Assembly: GCA_951406725.2 (NCBI GenBank)
Contig: OX597816.1
Coordinates: 76,136,001 to 76,200,000 of the forward strand
From: Octopus vulgaris
Taxonomy: Eukaryota
Direction of reading: 5' to 3'
DNA: 64,000 bases
Of this stretch, positions 1 through 15,310 are shown piece after piece. The notes beneath the pieces were generated by a model, which did no database searches, was not told the DNA's origin, and saw only the letters and a program-made list of their open reading frames with translations. A program made the position numbers and the translations under genes. The first letter of the stretch is position 1. Each line of letters begins with the position of its first letter.

Positions 1-221
1 ATCGATACTAAGGTTATAATTATGGGTGACAATTTCATACGACACCGCTATAAAAAACTTAGCGCGTGTTAGTTTCATGGGTTTGATTTCTAGGAAAGGC
101 AACAAATAATAGCCTTGAGACACTCGCTCAAGACGAATATTGCTGTTTAGAAGGCTTTCAATAACATATGCATTCGAAGTAACTATTTATCTGTCTGTCT
201 GTCTGTCTTTCTATCTATCCA

Positions 222-285
<64 letters not shown>

Positions 286-288
286 CAC

Positions 289-433
289 ACGGAAATAGCA
301 GTCAAAACTGAATCTAGGCCCACATCATGTATTCATATTGTACAGGTGAAATTTCTTTCTTCATTTGTCTTTTCACTTGTGCTATATAAATACATGATGA
401 GGTTCTAGAGTCAATTTTGAGTGCTATTTCCGG
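289..433. repeat. Imperfect inverted repeat (~50-bp arms), MITE-like
   Basis: cggaaatagcagtcaaaactgaatctaggcccacatcatgtattcatat (289-338) is approximately the reverse complement of atataaatacatgatgaggttctagagtcaattttgagtgctatttccg (385-433). Confidence 0.6.
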
Positions 434-585
434 CATGGTGGTGCCTCTCCGGTATCCTTAATTATAACTATATTTATATCATTATATATTTATAATAATT
501 ATTACCTGTACGGTTTTTACATCCTGGCCGCTTGATATGATGGTCTTATATATCTAAATAATGGTCATATATATACATACATATA

Positions 586-632
<47 letters not shown>

Positions 633-999
633 CATTTCGCTTAGGCATAGCGAATTTATAATGTTCAAGCATTCAATTTCTGTATATCCATCATTTTTTC
701 TCATTTAGTACTTTTCACCCTTATATATCAGTCATAATAAACATGTAAAATTTATTTATTTTATAGAAAAACTATTTTCACAGGAAAGTTGGAAAATGGC
801 GGTGTATTTATTTATGAAATATATGGGAATACATTGTGTTCTGTAGTATAAGATTATCAGAAAAGGGGGTCATATATAGAAATGTCAAAATATGTTATCA
901 GAATATCCTCATATTAGAAAACAAATAGCAGAAAACATAGTTCAAATAATTTTCAATGTAAGTTTAGCTTTATGAAGTAATCAAGTGGTGGATAAAATC

Positions 1000-2327
<1,328 letters not shown>

Positions 2328-2534
2328 AGAGTGTAGCAAGGCAAACATCGGTGCCCCAGCATGGTCGCAACCCTCGGGGTGAAACAGGAAAAAGAAATAT
2401 ATATATATATACATCGGGTGTGGTAAATAAACTTCTAAATTATGCAAAAGTGAAAATATCACGGACATCTCATTTTAACAGATATATGTACACATAAAAT
2501 TCAATAAATACTCGAACTTATATATATATGGACG

Positions 2535-2635
<101 letters not shown>

Positions 2636-4428
2636 CTGTTTGTATGTATATAACTGTGTGTGCATTATTTATTGATATATGTATGCATATATAAATGCAT
2701 ATATATTGATATATATATATATATTGATATATATATGCATATATAAATATATTGATATATATATGCATGTATACATATTCATTGATATATATATGCATAT
2801 ATAAAAAATACATATACATATTTATGTGTGTATGTTGTGTGCGCCTGTTTGTGCTAGTGTGTACTGTGTGTGTATGTGAGTGCGTATTAGAGAATATGCA
2901 TATAGGTAGATATAAAAAAAAATCTTAATTATTAAATACATAACACAACAGAAAATTATACGTTCATGCATAATATATTCCAAAATGTGTGCATATACAC
3001 ACCTATACTCATCCCAGTTTAAAGAGGTGATACTTAAATATTTAATTTATCGAAGGAAAGAATTCTGATGGGGATCGATATTTAAACGTTCAAGTAAATC
3101 ATGTGACTGTAACAAATACCTTCCGGAATTTTCTAAAAAGTTGTAAATCACAGAGAAAAGAATCATGGAATCAATAACACGCCAACGGCCTTTTAGGTAT
3201 CGCTTTTCCTCCTAACTTTACATGATTATTATAGAAGGATCCGCCTTTTGAGTTGTTAGTTCAGCATGACATAGCTTCTTGACAAATATATTGACAGGAA
3301 TTAACGGGATTCGTTGAGAAATATAGCGATAGATATCGTTCCGTAGGCCAGTTGTTTGCTTTGTAATAACGTGGTTATAGTTGGATATTACTGCAGATAT
3401 TTATGGGTAAGAGTCCTCAACTTGTAGCTTCAGATTGACCACCTAACTCTTTGTGCATGGAATTTGGTTAACAGAAACTGTGCGCGCGCCTGTCACCTAC
3501 AAACATAAACATACATACTCATACATTTACACACACACACACACGCACACACATACGTGAAGTCAGCAGTATCACACTTCAAATGCCTTTGATTATAAAT
3601 CTCTTGAATCAGAGCTGATCTTTTGTAAAACAGCAACAACAGCAGCAGTAGCAGCAGCACTTATCATAATAATTGATCTAAGCAATTGATGACACAACAT
3701 ATAACACCACTGATGATTTCTTCAAATTTATCTTTCTCTGTTCTAATTTGCTTCTATGGTTTAGAGGAGAAAGGGTAGTGGCCTACGAATATAAATGCCA
3801 CCGATATCTTTAGAGAGGAGCGATCTTTAGTCTGAAGTGCTGATCCAACATTTTGGAACAGAGTAAAATCTGTCGAAGGCTGGATTAGAACTGGTTACTG
3901 GGATGATATCAAACAAGGCGACGGAATAAATTTACCGTAAAGAACAACTGTCTGGCAGTTTTGTTTCACTTTCTGTCAACCAACTTTCACTCACAAAGTT
4001 TTGATGCATCTGAAACTACGGTAGGTGATTCTTGTCCGTTCTATGCAGTGGGATTGAACTCAAAACTCCATAATAGTAAATCTAACTTTTTACCTGTTGG
4101 GCATCCCTACTTCATTTTGTGCTTAGTATACAGAACGTTCATCGGAGGTATTTTCCGCCAGCTATATTGTTGATTTTCATAATCTGCGTCACTACTACCA
4201 CGCTAAAAAAATGTGCATTGTATTCATTAGGCTTTTAAAGACCAATACTTCGTCGAACTACATTGTGTGTATTTCCCTAACATTTTGCCCAATTGACTTG
4301 TCGAAGTGTTATCTAGCATGTTGGTTATTGATTTTCAACAACCTAGAAAGATTTTGCTCTCTAATTGCAAATATAATCGCAGTTAATCGGAATTTTGGAA
4401 TCTACTACATTACAAATATGGTACTCTA

Positions 4429-4471
<43 letters not shown>

Positions 4472-4549
4472 CACATATAGATAGATAGATGAATATATAT
4501 ACATATATATATGTATATATATATTTATACATACATGCATACACACACA

Positions 4550-4626
<77 letters not shown>

Positions 4627-6477
4627 ATGCATGTATATATGCAATACTACATAGACTCAGAAAATGAGGTACAAATCTGAAAATAATTCAAAGGTAACTG
4701 AATCAAGAAAAGTATGCATGATGTTTATTTTATCGGACCTAAAACCAACAAGCAGTACCTTCAAAAGAGTTGAGATCGGAACATTCTAAACATAAAGCTC
4801 AATGCCTTTCTGTCATTTATTCGAGTCAGATACCATTTCAAATAGCTCACTCTTTAGGTAATGGATTTAGGCATAGTAAATAAATGTGTAAGGTGGAGAA
4901 GCAGATGGAGATTTTGTTTATTAAATGCCTGCATAATACGTTGTCCTCATTTTTCAATTCTCTGCATTATATAGGTGAGAGACACTCGCATTTGTTTATT
5001 GTGTTAAAAACCCAATGTTGATACTCCTTGGGAATGAGATACTGAAATGAATACGCGACATAGTTGGATGGTTAATACCGAACTTTTCAATTAATTTTGG
5101 GACTGCCACTGTAATCATTCACAATGATTATAAAGATGAAATTCGCATTTCATTGGTTTTGAAAGAAAATATATGAATTTACTATTCATGAATCTTTTCA
5201 AATATTCTTTAGTGATGTGCCAAAGCTTTCCGCTGCTTATTAACAATTTCAAGGAAATTTAATAAAACATTTCTGCAACATTCATATTTATGAAATTACT
5301 TGTTACTTGTTAATTATATGTGAAATTTTATGGCTACGTATGCAGAAAGTAGTGTTCACTATACCCAAAGAGAAATTTTTGTCTTGGAAATCATATATAT
5401 ATATATATATATATATTCGTATACAGGCAAGTTTTTAAAATGATAAATTTTGAAATTAAAATTTACACATATGATTTATTCCGTTTCTGTTACTTATACA
5501 CTCACTTAAATACACTTTCTCTCTCTTTCTGTTTCTCTCCCCCTCTCCCTTTATTGCTCTTCTTCTCAAACAAGAATACACATTTCTATATACAGTGAAT
5601 TTTGTGTGAGACATGATGAATTGTATGAAGGGCAGCAATAATTATCGCTCGTATTAATTAAATTTAAGCATTGAAAATATAATACAAATGTAGCCATGTA
5701 TTCAAAATTGATATTAATAAAATTTTTAATATGACATTCTAGATGTTACTGTTTGATCTCTTTAAATAAGTCTGCGTATATTTAATATATACCAGTAACT
5801 TGTCAAACTAATTAAGCATGTTTACGTTTTCTTAAACGAGGGTTTATTACAAATCTTAAACTTCGATCGCTCTCTATATGAATTATTCATTATGTGCGAT
5901 AAACGATTACGAAAAATTAACCAAAGTTAGCAATTTGCCAGACAATAAGATTTTCAAAGTTTTCTCTTAGTTTTTTATGTAAGAAATGAATGATACGCAG
6001 TATTAAATGTTATATGCGACTGCGTGGGGCAAAATGCTTTTCAATAAATAACAATACCTCAATTGAAATATCAACATTGCATTTAATTTTTTAAAGAAAT
6101 CGTCATTTCACTTACGCTGCTAACGTTGCGGAAAAAGATGGATACAGCCTTTGGGGAAAATGGAAATGAAGCCAATATTAAGATTGAGGAAGGGCGTTGA
6201 ATCAGAAGAATTAGTAAAGCGTAGGTGAAAATACCAAGAGGTATTTAGTGAAGTGTTTATACGTTCTGGAATGAAATGTTGTCAGTAACGAGTTTGCCTT
6301 TTATATTTCTATATAAATGTAAGTTCAGTATTAGGGTTGAACATATTCGTGTATTCCTGCTCATTTACCATTGTGTTACTACTTCGCCGAAGATTGTTAT
6401 TGCTTTTTTTAAATTATGCAAACTTCATATTCAAATTTACCTAAATTAAAATTTTCCATCAAAATTTTATGCGCTAA

Positions 6478-6898
6478 GGCGCAGGCGTGGCTGTGTGGTA
6501 AGTAGCTTGTTTACCAACCACATGATTCCGGGTTCAGTCCCACTGCGTGGCATCTTGGGCAAGTGTCTTCTACTATAGCCTCGGGCCGACCAAAGCCTTG
6601 TGAGTGGATTTGGTAGACGGAAACTGAAAGAAGCCCGTCGTATATATGTATATATATATATATATGCGTGTCTATGTTTGTGTGTCTGTGTTTGTCCCCC
6701 TAGCATTGCTTGACAACTGATGCTGGTGTGTTTATGTCCCCGTTACTTAGCGGTTCGGCAAAAGAGACCGATAGAATAAGTACTGGGCTTACAAAAAGAA
6801 TAAGTCCCGGGGTCGAGTTGCTCGATTAAAGGCGGTGCTCCAGCATGGCCGCAGTCAAAATGACTGAAACAAGTAAAAGAGTAAAGAGTAAAGAGTAA
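6478..6898 (+). mobile_element. tRNA-derived SINE family A, full length
   Basis: It has an A-box-like tggctgtgtggtaag, a B-box-like ggttcagtccc, a conserved body (gccttgtgagtggatttggtagacggaaactgaaagaagcccgtcg), an internal (TA)/(TG) tract and a tail gactgaaacaagtaaaagagtaaagag. About 10 copies occur in the window. Confidence 0.9.
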
Positions 6899-6979
6899 TC
6901 TGTTCTCCAAACAGCAGATTAACAATAATAAACATATTTTATAAAATACTTCATTATTTTCAAAATTATTCTAAACAAA

Positions 6980-7403
6980 GTCGCAGACGTGACTGTGTGG
7001 TAAGAAGTTTGCTTCCCGATCGCATGCTTCCGGGTTCAGTCCCACTGCGTGGCGCTTTGGGCAAGTGTCTTCTACTACAGTCTGGGGTCGACCAATGCCT
7101 TGTGGTTGGATTTGGTAGAAGACTGAAAGAAGACCATCGTATATATGTGTATATTTATCTCTGTGTGTGTCTCTGTGTCTGTGTTTGTTCTCTAACACCG
7201 CTTGATAACCAGTATTGGTGTTCACATTTCCGTACATAAGCAGTTCGGCAAAAAGAGACTGTTAGAATAAGTACTAAGCTTTAAAGAAAAAAACTACTGA
7301 GGTCGATTCGTTGTTCGACTAAAATACTCCAAGGCGGTACCCCGGCATGACCTCAGTCTAATGACTGAAACAAGTAAAATAGGAAAGATAAAAGATAAAA
7401 AGA
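6980..7403 (+). mobile_element. SINE family A, older copy
   Basis: Colinear homology to 6478-6898. Confidence 0.85.
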
Positions 7404-8055
7404 CAGTATATTTCAGAAAATGGTTAAATGTACAAAATCACAATAGCGGTAAATTCTAAAGTAGTAGCGAACACTTTAGAATTTATCGCTATTGTTATAA
7501 TGAACAAGAGGATAATTTCTGTTTTTCAGAACTAGTCTACGAACTAGTTTCGTTACCCAGTTAGAGCTAACATACGTCTGTTGCTGTAAACCATGAATAT
7601 CATTAAAATTCTGACCTTTTTATAGAAAAAAAATGAATATCTCATTATCATCAATTGTCTTTTTGTAAACTTATATCATAATGAGAAATGAATCTCTATC
7701 AAAACAAAGAAATGTGATGGGGAATCTATCTATCTATCACGTGCCTGCCTCTAGTGGGATTGAATGCTACAATCTAGTCTCCAACAATACACTACATCTC
7801 TCGTGAAGAATATAATTTATTTTAAAGTTACAGCATTTAATTTTCATATACGGTTTCGATATATTAGTTGTTCTCCAATTTTCTTTTTGTTTTGAAATGC
7901 TTAATTTTTACTTAGTGTCTATTTTTAGTTTGGAAAGCAATATATTTATCGTCTGCACAATTGTTTTCTAAGGAATACATGCTTTCACATTAATCGTTAT
8001 CTTGTCTTCTGTATGTGAATGTCTCTCTCTCTCTCTCTATCTACCTATCTGCTTG

Positions 8056-8188
<133 letters not shown>

Positions 8189-9095
8189 GCCACCGTCTAA
8201 CTCACAGCCCAATCAGTTTTGGCCCACGAAATACAATAGACCACTTTAAAAAGTAGCAAATCTTGACCTGTTAATTTTATATAATGTATTACACAATCCT
8301 TACCTATCTTAGACAAGATAGCCCCCATGTGCACACACCAGATACTTGCAAAACATTCAAATATTCCTCAACATATACCACACTACCTGAAAAAGGAGAT
8401 AAAATGTACTTCAGTGAAAGGTACTAAAATTATAAGTGAAACTTTTATGTTGATGGCATAAATGCTTTTGGTCCGAGAATTCTTCTTCGATCAAGGCTAA
8501 AGTGCAATAAACAATTTCGATATGAAATAGAGAACGAGTTTCTTCTTGGTAATAATAATTTTAAATAAACTGTCTCCACTAAATCATATATTTCTTACTG
8601 AGGTCAGCTTGGGAAATAAATAAGACATCACGATAAGACACATTCACGATTTTTTAGATACATTTCACATCCATATCTTGGTTTCAGATAGGTACTTATT
8701 CAATAAAAGCATGATATTCTTTAATGATCCACTTATATATTTATCTATTTTCACAGACACACACATACACACACAGACACATGCACACACGTACACATAC
8801 ATATACACGCATGCACACACACATACACGTAGGCACACACACGCACGCACACACCTCAGTACAGACACTCATGCAAGCACCCACGCACATACGCATACTC
8901 GCACACACACATACACATACGCGCACGCACACACACACACACGCTCGCGCACGCATTCACGGACACACGTACACGCATAAAAAGAAATGTTAAAAATAAA
9001 GTGCGAAGGAATCGTAAAATAGTTAAAATGAAAAGAAACGATATAGGAATGCAGTGAAAGTTTCAAAGCAACTCCATAATTTATCTTATAATATT

Positions 9096-9312
9096 GGTTT
9101 CAAATTTTGGCACAAGGACAGCAATTTCTGGAGAGGGACTAAGTTGATTACATCGAGCCCTAGTGCTCAACTGGTACTTATTTTACCGAGTCAGAAAAAA
9201 TTGAAAGGCAAAGTGGACCTCGGTGGTATTTTCAACTCAGAGCGTAAGACGGGTGAAATGCCGCAAAGCATTTTGACCGACGTGCTAATAATTCTGCGAG
9301 CTCACCACCCTT
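9096..9312 (-). mobile_element. SINE family D (tRNA-like head, MetaSINE-like core)
   Basis: Multi-copy in the window (18776-18954, 34865-35036, 39755-39978, 39996-40211). The head is gagct.gcagaat..ttagcacg with B-box gagtt.aaat and the core is gcctttc...ggtcgataaaataagtaccag. The Meta-domain resemblance is from memory. Confidence 0.75.
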
Positions 9313-9684
9313 ATTCAACATAGAATATTAACAATTACACCTTACAGTTAGAAGTTAGAAAATAAAGTTTATGTATATCAATTACAATTAAAAAGTAATG
9401 GTTTGGAAATCGTTCGTATTCGACAAGTAATGAGAGAGAATTTGTAAAAGTTATGAGATATAAAGCTATCATAACTTCCAGATCGATAGGGGAGCTATCA
9501 ATATGCTCGCCAAACCGGCTCAAGTAACAAATATAGAAATTCTAAGGAAATGTGAAATTTGATGTAGCAATTACAAAAGCTAAAGGGATGGCAAATAAAA
9601 CTATGTAACCTACTATATTAATATAATGATACAACCCCATAAAACTACAACACAGAGGTGTGTATATGTATATATATATATATA

Positions 9685-10020
9685 AAGGGGTAAAGACCCC
9701 CTTCGGTCATGAATGACCATGGGATTGCACCTAGAAAGTTACCCTCCTAGACACAAGTCCGGGCAAGGTTGTTTTTTTTTATGGAAGGCCAGCAGTCGCC
9801 CATGCATACCAGCCTCCCCTCTCCACGCCACCAGTGTTATCCAAGGGAAAGGCAAAGGTCGATACAGCTTGGCACCAGTGACGTCGCAACTCATTTCAGC
9901 TGAGTGAACTGGAGCAACGTGAAATAAAGTGCCTTGCTCAAGAACACAACACGCAGCCCGGTCCGGGATTCGAGCTCACAACCTCACGATCGTAAGCTCG
10001 ACGCTCTAACCACTGAGCCA
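9685..10020 (-). mobile_element. tRNA-derived SINE family B (Arg-like head)
   Basis: The minus strand reads tggctcagtggttagagcgtcgagcttacgatcgtgaggttgtgagctcgaatcccggacc (A and B boxes, ACG-type loop), followed by gtgttcttgagcaaggcactttatttcac. A second copy lies at 25112-25415. Confidence 0.85.
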
Positions 10021-10160
10021 TATATATACATACATGCATACATCTATATATATATGTATATATATATGTATATATATATGTGTGTGTGTGTGTGTTTGTG
10101 TGTATACAACTTATAAACAAGGGCAAAAGAAAAAATATATATATATTTGTGTATGTATAT

Positions 10161-10808
10161 ATGACTGACAAGGGATCATACTGATTTCGCATTTATATTT
10201 ATGTTCGTTAATGACTCTCACCCAGCGCCTTGGTTTCCACTCATCTCATCCCGTCAGTTTATAAGAAAGATTATCATAGAAATCATACGCTGATTTCCTA
10301 AGTGGTAAAAGTGAAACTTATGAACAATAAGGGTGGCTGGTTAGCAATTTTACAACCGAAAGCCAGAAAGATATACGTCACTAAAGTGATGAGGGGCACT
10401 AGTCAGCACCAGTATTGCTAGAAATAAGAGTTAAAACAACCACAGCCACAAGAAGCACTTATCTTAATGACTGATAAGATAAGTGCTTCTTGTGACTGTG
10501 AGTTGTTTTAACCACCCTTATTATTTACAATTTTCACTTTTACCGTTTAGGAAATCAGCGTATGATTTCTACGATAATCTTATGAACTTACAAGGCGAAT
10601 TGAGTTTAACCCAAGGTGCTAGGTGAGAGTTAATGACGTGCATTAATGTAAATGGGAAATCACTGTGATCTGCTTATACCTAGGCGCTGAGGGAGCTTGC
10701 TTCCCTTATCAGTCATTAAGATAAAGTGCTTCTTGTGGCTATGAGTTGTTTTAACTCTTATTTCTAGCAATACTGGTGCTGACTAGTGCCCTCAGTTACT
10801 TTAGTAAC

Positions 10809-10812
<4 letters not shown>
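10161..10812. repeat. Interleaved inverted repeats (probable PLE terminus rearrangement)
   Basis: 10173-10336 is inverted at 10512-10670, 10372-10478 is inverted at 10702-10812, and there is a local hairpin at 10430-10512. Confidence 0.85.
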
Positions 10813-10846
<34 letters not shown>

Positions 10847-10914
10847 GTATATATAATTGTATATATATATACAACTATTCAGATACAAAAATACAAACAC
10901 ACACACACGCGCAC

Positions 10915-10954
<40 letters not shown>

Positions 10955-11494
10955 ACACACACTCACACACACTCTCTCACAAGACAATGATAAAAAGGAA
11001 ATACAAACAATTTATTGAAAAGTGACACTTTGCTCCCCTTGGAGAAAACTTGATTTACAATCACTGTAAGCCAATAAGAATTATTATTATTATTGACAAA
11101 CATACTAAGTGCAAGGAAATCAACAAAATTTCTCCTCTTCTACCTCCTTTCCATCTTTTTCCTTAATAACCCTTCCAGATACAACACACACACACACACA
11201 GACTCTCTCATGCCCCCCCCTGGAGTAAACATTCTGACCAGCTACAAAAAGACCAACAAAACAATTTTTTCTTCTTTCTCCCCCTTTTCTTCCCTTCCTT
11301 CTTTTTCTTTAACGCCCTTTCAGATACAAAAATCACACACACACACACATACACACACACGCACACACGCACGCATGCTATATGTCACTTTCTCCCCATT
11401 CACCACCCTCTTGTACTATCTTATATCCCTTCCCACCACTACACATTCAATAACACTATAAAATGGTCAAATTTTCCCCCAAGAACTTAATTCA

Positions 11495-11545
<51 letters not shown>

Positions 11546-11648
11546 ATCATTAATTAAAATCTTAGGGTAGCAAGAATATTCACCGAAAAATTCTTAGTTA
11601 CCAGTGGTCTATCGAGAAAGAAAAAATTAGTCAATAGACTATATATTA

Positions 11649-11912
11649 TTCAGAGAAGAATACAGTGTACGTTCAAACACAAAATAAATACCCGAAGAAT
11701 AGGATATCTGAATCGCTAGAAAGAGCAGTTAAAATCGTTGTAATTTTGAAAGTGATTGAAAAATAAAAAGGTAAAAGTTTTTATTTTTCAATCACTTTCA
11801 GAATTACAACAATTAGTGGCCTGGAGTTTTAACTGCTCTTTCTAGCGAGTCAGATATCCTATTCTTCGGGTATCTCTTTTGTGTTTCAACGTACACTGTA
11901 TTCTTCTCTGAA
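11649..11912. repeat. Near-perfect palindrome, ~120-bp arms
   Basis: ttcagagaagaatacagtgtacgtt...gattgaaaaataaaaa / tttttatttttcaatc...aacgtacactgtattcttctctgaa, with a loop of about 8 nt. Confidence 0.9.
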
Positions 11913-11928
11913 AAAAAAAATATATATA

Positions 11929-13217
11929 CAGGGTGGGGAAGCAAAATTTACAATGAACATTAAGTTGTCTTTTCTCAGCAAGTACTAAGTCAATTGTTTT
12001 GAAACCTAGCATATATTGATGTCGTAATCATACCTAACACTACTATCCTTACCTTTTCAGAAACTTTTGCCCATATGAGTAATCAGGAAAGCAAATGTCA
12101 AAGAGTGTGTGATTTGCTGAATGCTCTCGTCACACCAAAGGAGATTTCAAGAATAGTTGGAGTGTCCATAAAGACTGTTTATAATGTAAAGAATAGAATG
12201 ACTATGAGCAAAACTATTATGAGGAGGTCTGGAAGTGGAGGAATCAACAAATACGTACCAAAGATTTTATTAAAGCTCTCAAATCCAAAATCCTAAAGGA
12301 TCCAACCAAATCCATGAGAAAAATAGCAATTGAACTTGAGGTAGTGAACAAGACCATTAGAAATGCAGTAAAATATGATTTGAGGTTAAAATCTTAACAC
12401 AAGAACACCAAAACACTTGTTGACAACAGCTATGAAGGAAAAGAGATTGGAAAGGTGCAAGTAAATTATTACATGGTTCAAGAAAAAGTCCTCCATTGTA
12501 ACGATCTTTTCAGATGAAAAGATCTTCAGTGTCGATGCTGTTCTGAACCGCAGAAATGACAGATTTATTGCAAAATCAACAGCTGAGGCTAAGGGGACAT
12601 TCAAAACAAAACATTCTGCTCAAGTTATGGCTTTTGGAGTTGTGGTTTCCGATAGAAAGAAAGAGCGTATAAAATTCTACAAAGCTGATGAAAAGATCAA
12701 TATTAATACTTACTATAAGACTCTGAGATACCCGGTATTGCCATGGCTTAAAGCAAATTACCCGGATGGCAATTATGTATGGACACAGGATGGTGCTCCA
12801 CAACACACAGCTAGAAAAATACAAGATTTCTGCAAATCCAACTGTAGCAATTTTTTGGAATCATGTTTATGGCCACCTTCTAGCCCAGACCTAAACCCTC
12901 TGGATTATGCTATTTGGGGCGTTTTAGAACATGCTACCAATAGAACATGACACAGTAATGTCGACTCTCTTAAAGATACTATTAAAGAAAAATGGGAGAC
13001 TTTGTCTCCCGAATTTTTGAGGAACACTTGCGTAAGTTTCAGGAAGCGTGTGAAGGCAGATATTGAGAAAGAAGGAGGACACATAGAATAAAAATATTTT
13101 CTGTTATGTAAATTTTCTTGTGGCAAATAATTCTCATGACTTTTAATAAACTAATTGGTCATACAATGTCTTTCAATCCCTGCCTCAAAATATTATAAAT
13201 TTTGCTTCCCCACCCTG
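11929..13217 (+). mobile_element. Full-length Tc1/mariner transposon, DD37D (maT) family, 1289 bp
   Basis: TIRs are CAGGGTGGGGAAGCAAAATTTA / TAAATTTTGCTTCCCCACCCTG with TA flanks inside (TA)n. Confidence 0.95.
12075..13091 (+). pseudogene. Disrupted DD37D transposase
   Basis: It has an HTH N-terminus (MSNQESKCQRVCDLL...), IFSDEKIFSVD and WTQDGAPQHTA...WPPSSPDLNPLDY, with 37 residues between the second and third D. There is a frameshift near 12250 and in-frame stops at about 12396, 12462 and 12948. Confidence 0.92.
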
Positions 13218-13505
13218 TATATATATATATATATATATATAGTTTTCTAGTTGTTTATCTATCTTCTGTGTGTGTGTGTGCCTCTGCACTTACTCTATTC
13301 GCCTGGAAAAGTTCGATGTGTGTGAGTGTGTGTTTATGTGTTGAATTAATTTACTTAACTGATTAAGGTGGTATGTATTGGTTGGGTAATGAAGTTGTGC
13401 GATTATTATGTGCCAGTAGACTATACTTATAATAACATTCAGCTCTGTTAATTATATATAGCGCTCTTCTTTCAATTCTGATTTTCTACGGAAATTTTCA
13501 ATATT

Positions 13506-13565
<60 letters not shown>

Positions 13566-13752
13566 ATGTGTGTGTATCTATGTACGTACATACATGTGAA
13601 TTCATATGTACAGGTTGATCTATCTATCTCTCTCACTTACTCTCTCTCTCTCTCTCTCTCTCTCTGAATATATATATATTTGTGTGTATATATATATATA
13701 TATATGTATACGCGCGCGCACACACACGCACACGCATACACACACACACACA

Positions 13753-13791
<39 letters not shown>

Positions 13792-14314
13792 GTGCATGCA
13801 TACATATATTCGTGCAAATATGCACACATACACACGTTCCTCTTTAATATTATATAACACTGTTGTTATTGTTGAGTTGATTTATTCGAGATGATGAGAT
13901 TTTCCAGCAAGTGCTCAAATGTCAAACGGGAAAAAAAATCAATACGACATGGTTCACTTAATGAAAGATAACTGTGAACTGCACAGCAAATGGATGGTCA
14001 TGTCCTTTAAATCTGTAATAGATGCAGATGTAATTGCATATATTTTCACTTTCCCTAAATGTGGCATTTGCTTTCTCATCGCTTATAAACGCTTACTCTT
14101 TATAATCGTAGTGTTTCTCTTTGATAGCTCAATTTCACACACTTATTCACGGCCATCTACAATAGACACATTTACGCTCACATTCATACAGATATACACA
14201 CACACAAACGCACAGAAATACACACCCAGACATATATACTCATCTGTTATACCTATACTCATACTCACATTGTTACACGAGATATTGTAATTCTTTTGTA
14301 CGAATTTATTTCGG

Positions 14315-14397
14315 AAGATCAGATTTTCATTCATCCACTGCATAGTATTGTAACAAGATCAGATTTTCATTCATCCACAGCATAGTATTGTAACAAG
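14315..14397 (+). repeat. 40-bp tandem duplication
   Basis: aagatcagattttcattcatccac(t/a)gcatagtattgtaac occurs twice, plus aag microhomology. Confidence 0.95.
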
Positions 14398-14400
14398 CGA

Positions 14401-14437
<37 letters not shown>

Positions 14438-14810
14438 TGTGTGTATGTATGTATATATTAAAATTGATCAAAGAACATACTAAGTATGTCTACCTGCTGG
14501 AAATAACAGTCAAAACTCTTATCTAAATCGCCAAAATACACTGATAATGACTACAGGAACCAACTGTCCGAAGATAAACGGGCTAAGACAATCTATCAGT
14601 TTACATTCAAGTATTTGGTCTCACGTGGACCGGTTTCCAGACTGGCATAATAGCCTAACCTTCCTCGGCACGCGTTACCATGACAAGGAGCCCCAACCCG
14701 TCGTGTCGAAATCTGCGTTGCAACTGATTCCTTTTGCACCGAATTCATGGCAGCTACCAGTGTGAAAATAATTTCAGTACGGAGCAAATAATTCACCGAG
14801 AACATTTTAC

Positions 14811-14874
<64 letters not shown>

Positions 14875-15310
14875 CTGGATGACCCTTTCACAAAGAAGAT
14901 CCTTTCGTTCGAGCAACCGAATTATCTGCCCTAAAATTTCCATGTACGTGACTTCGCATTCCATAGAGACATGTACTCTTAACGTAATGTAATTCCTAGA
15001 TAGAATGAGCGTGACAACTTGTATTACAAAGTGGTATATTTGGAATTACATCTACAATCCACCATACGGTTTTTGCCTACTCAGTTTGATCTCAGGGTAT
15101 GGATCCACCCAAGGCTAAGGAAGATAAAATTTTCGCAAGATGGAACGCAATGAATTCGAACTACGCATTTAAGTGGACCCCCGTTAGACTTAATACTGCA
15201 GCTATTAACATTTAACAAAACATCTATTATGTGATATTGATATTATTTGCAATACTGAGCTGCTGCTAAGACAAAATTTGAAATTTGTTCTAGTTGTGCA
15301 GTGCTAATGT

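Noticed and set aside
9955-10020. tRNA gene candidates (also 62436-62503)
   Set aside because: The cloverleaf is imperfect and continues into multi-copy SINE bodies, so these are SINE heads.
14315-14397. CRISPR-like repeat
   Set aside because: Two directly adjacent copies with no spacer, in a eukaryotic context.
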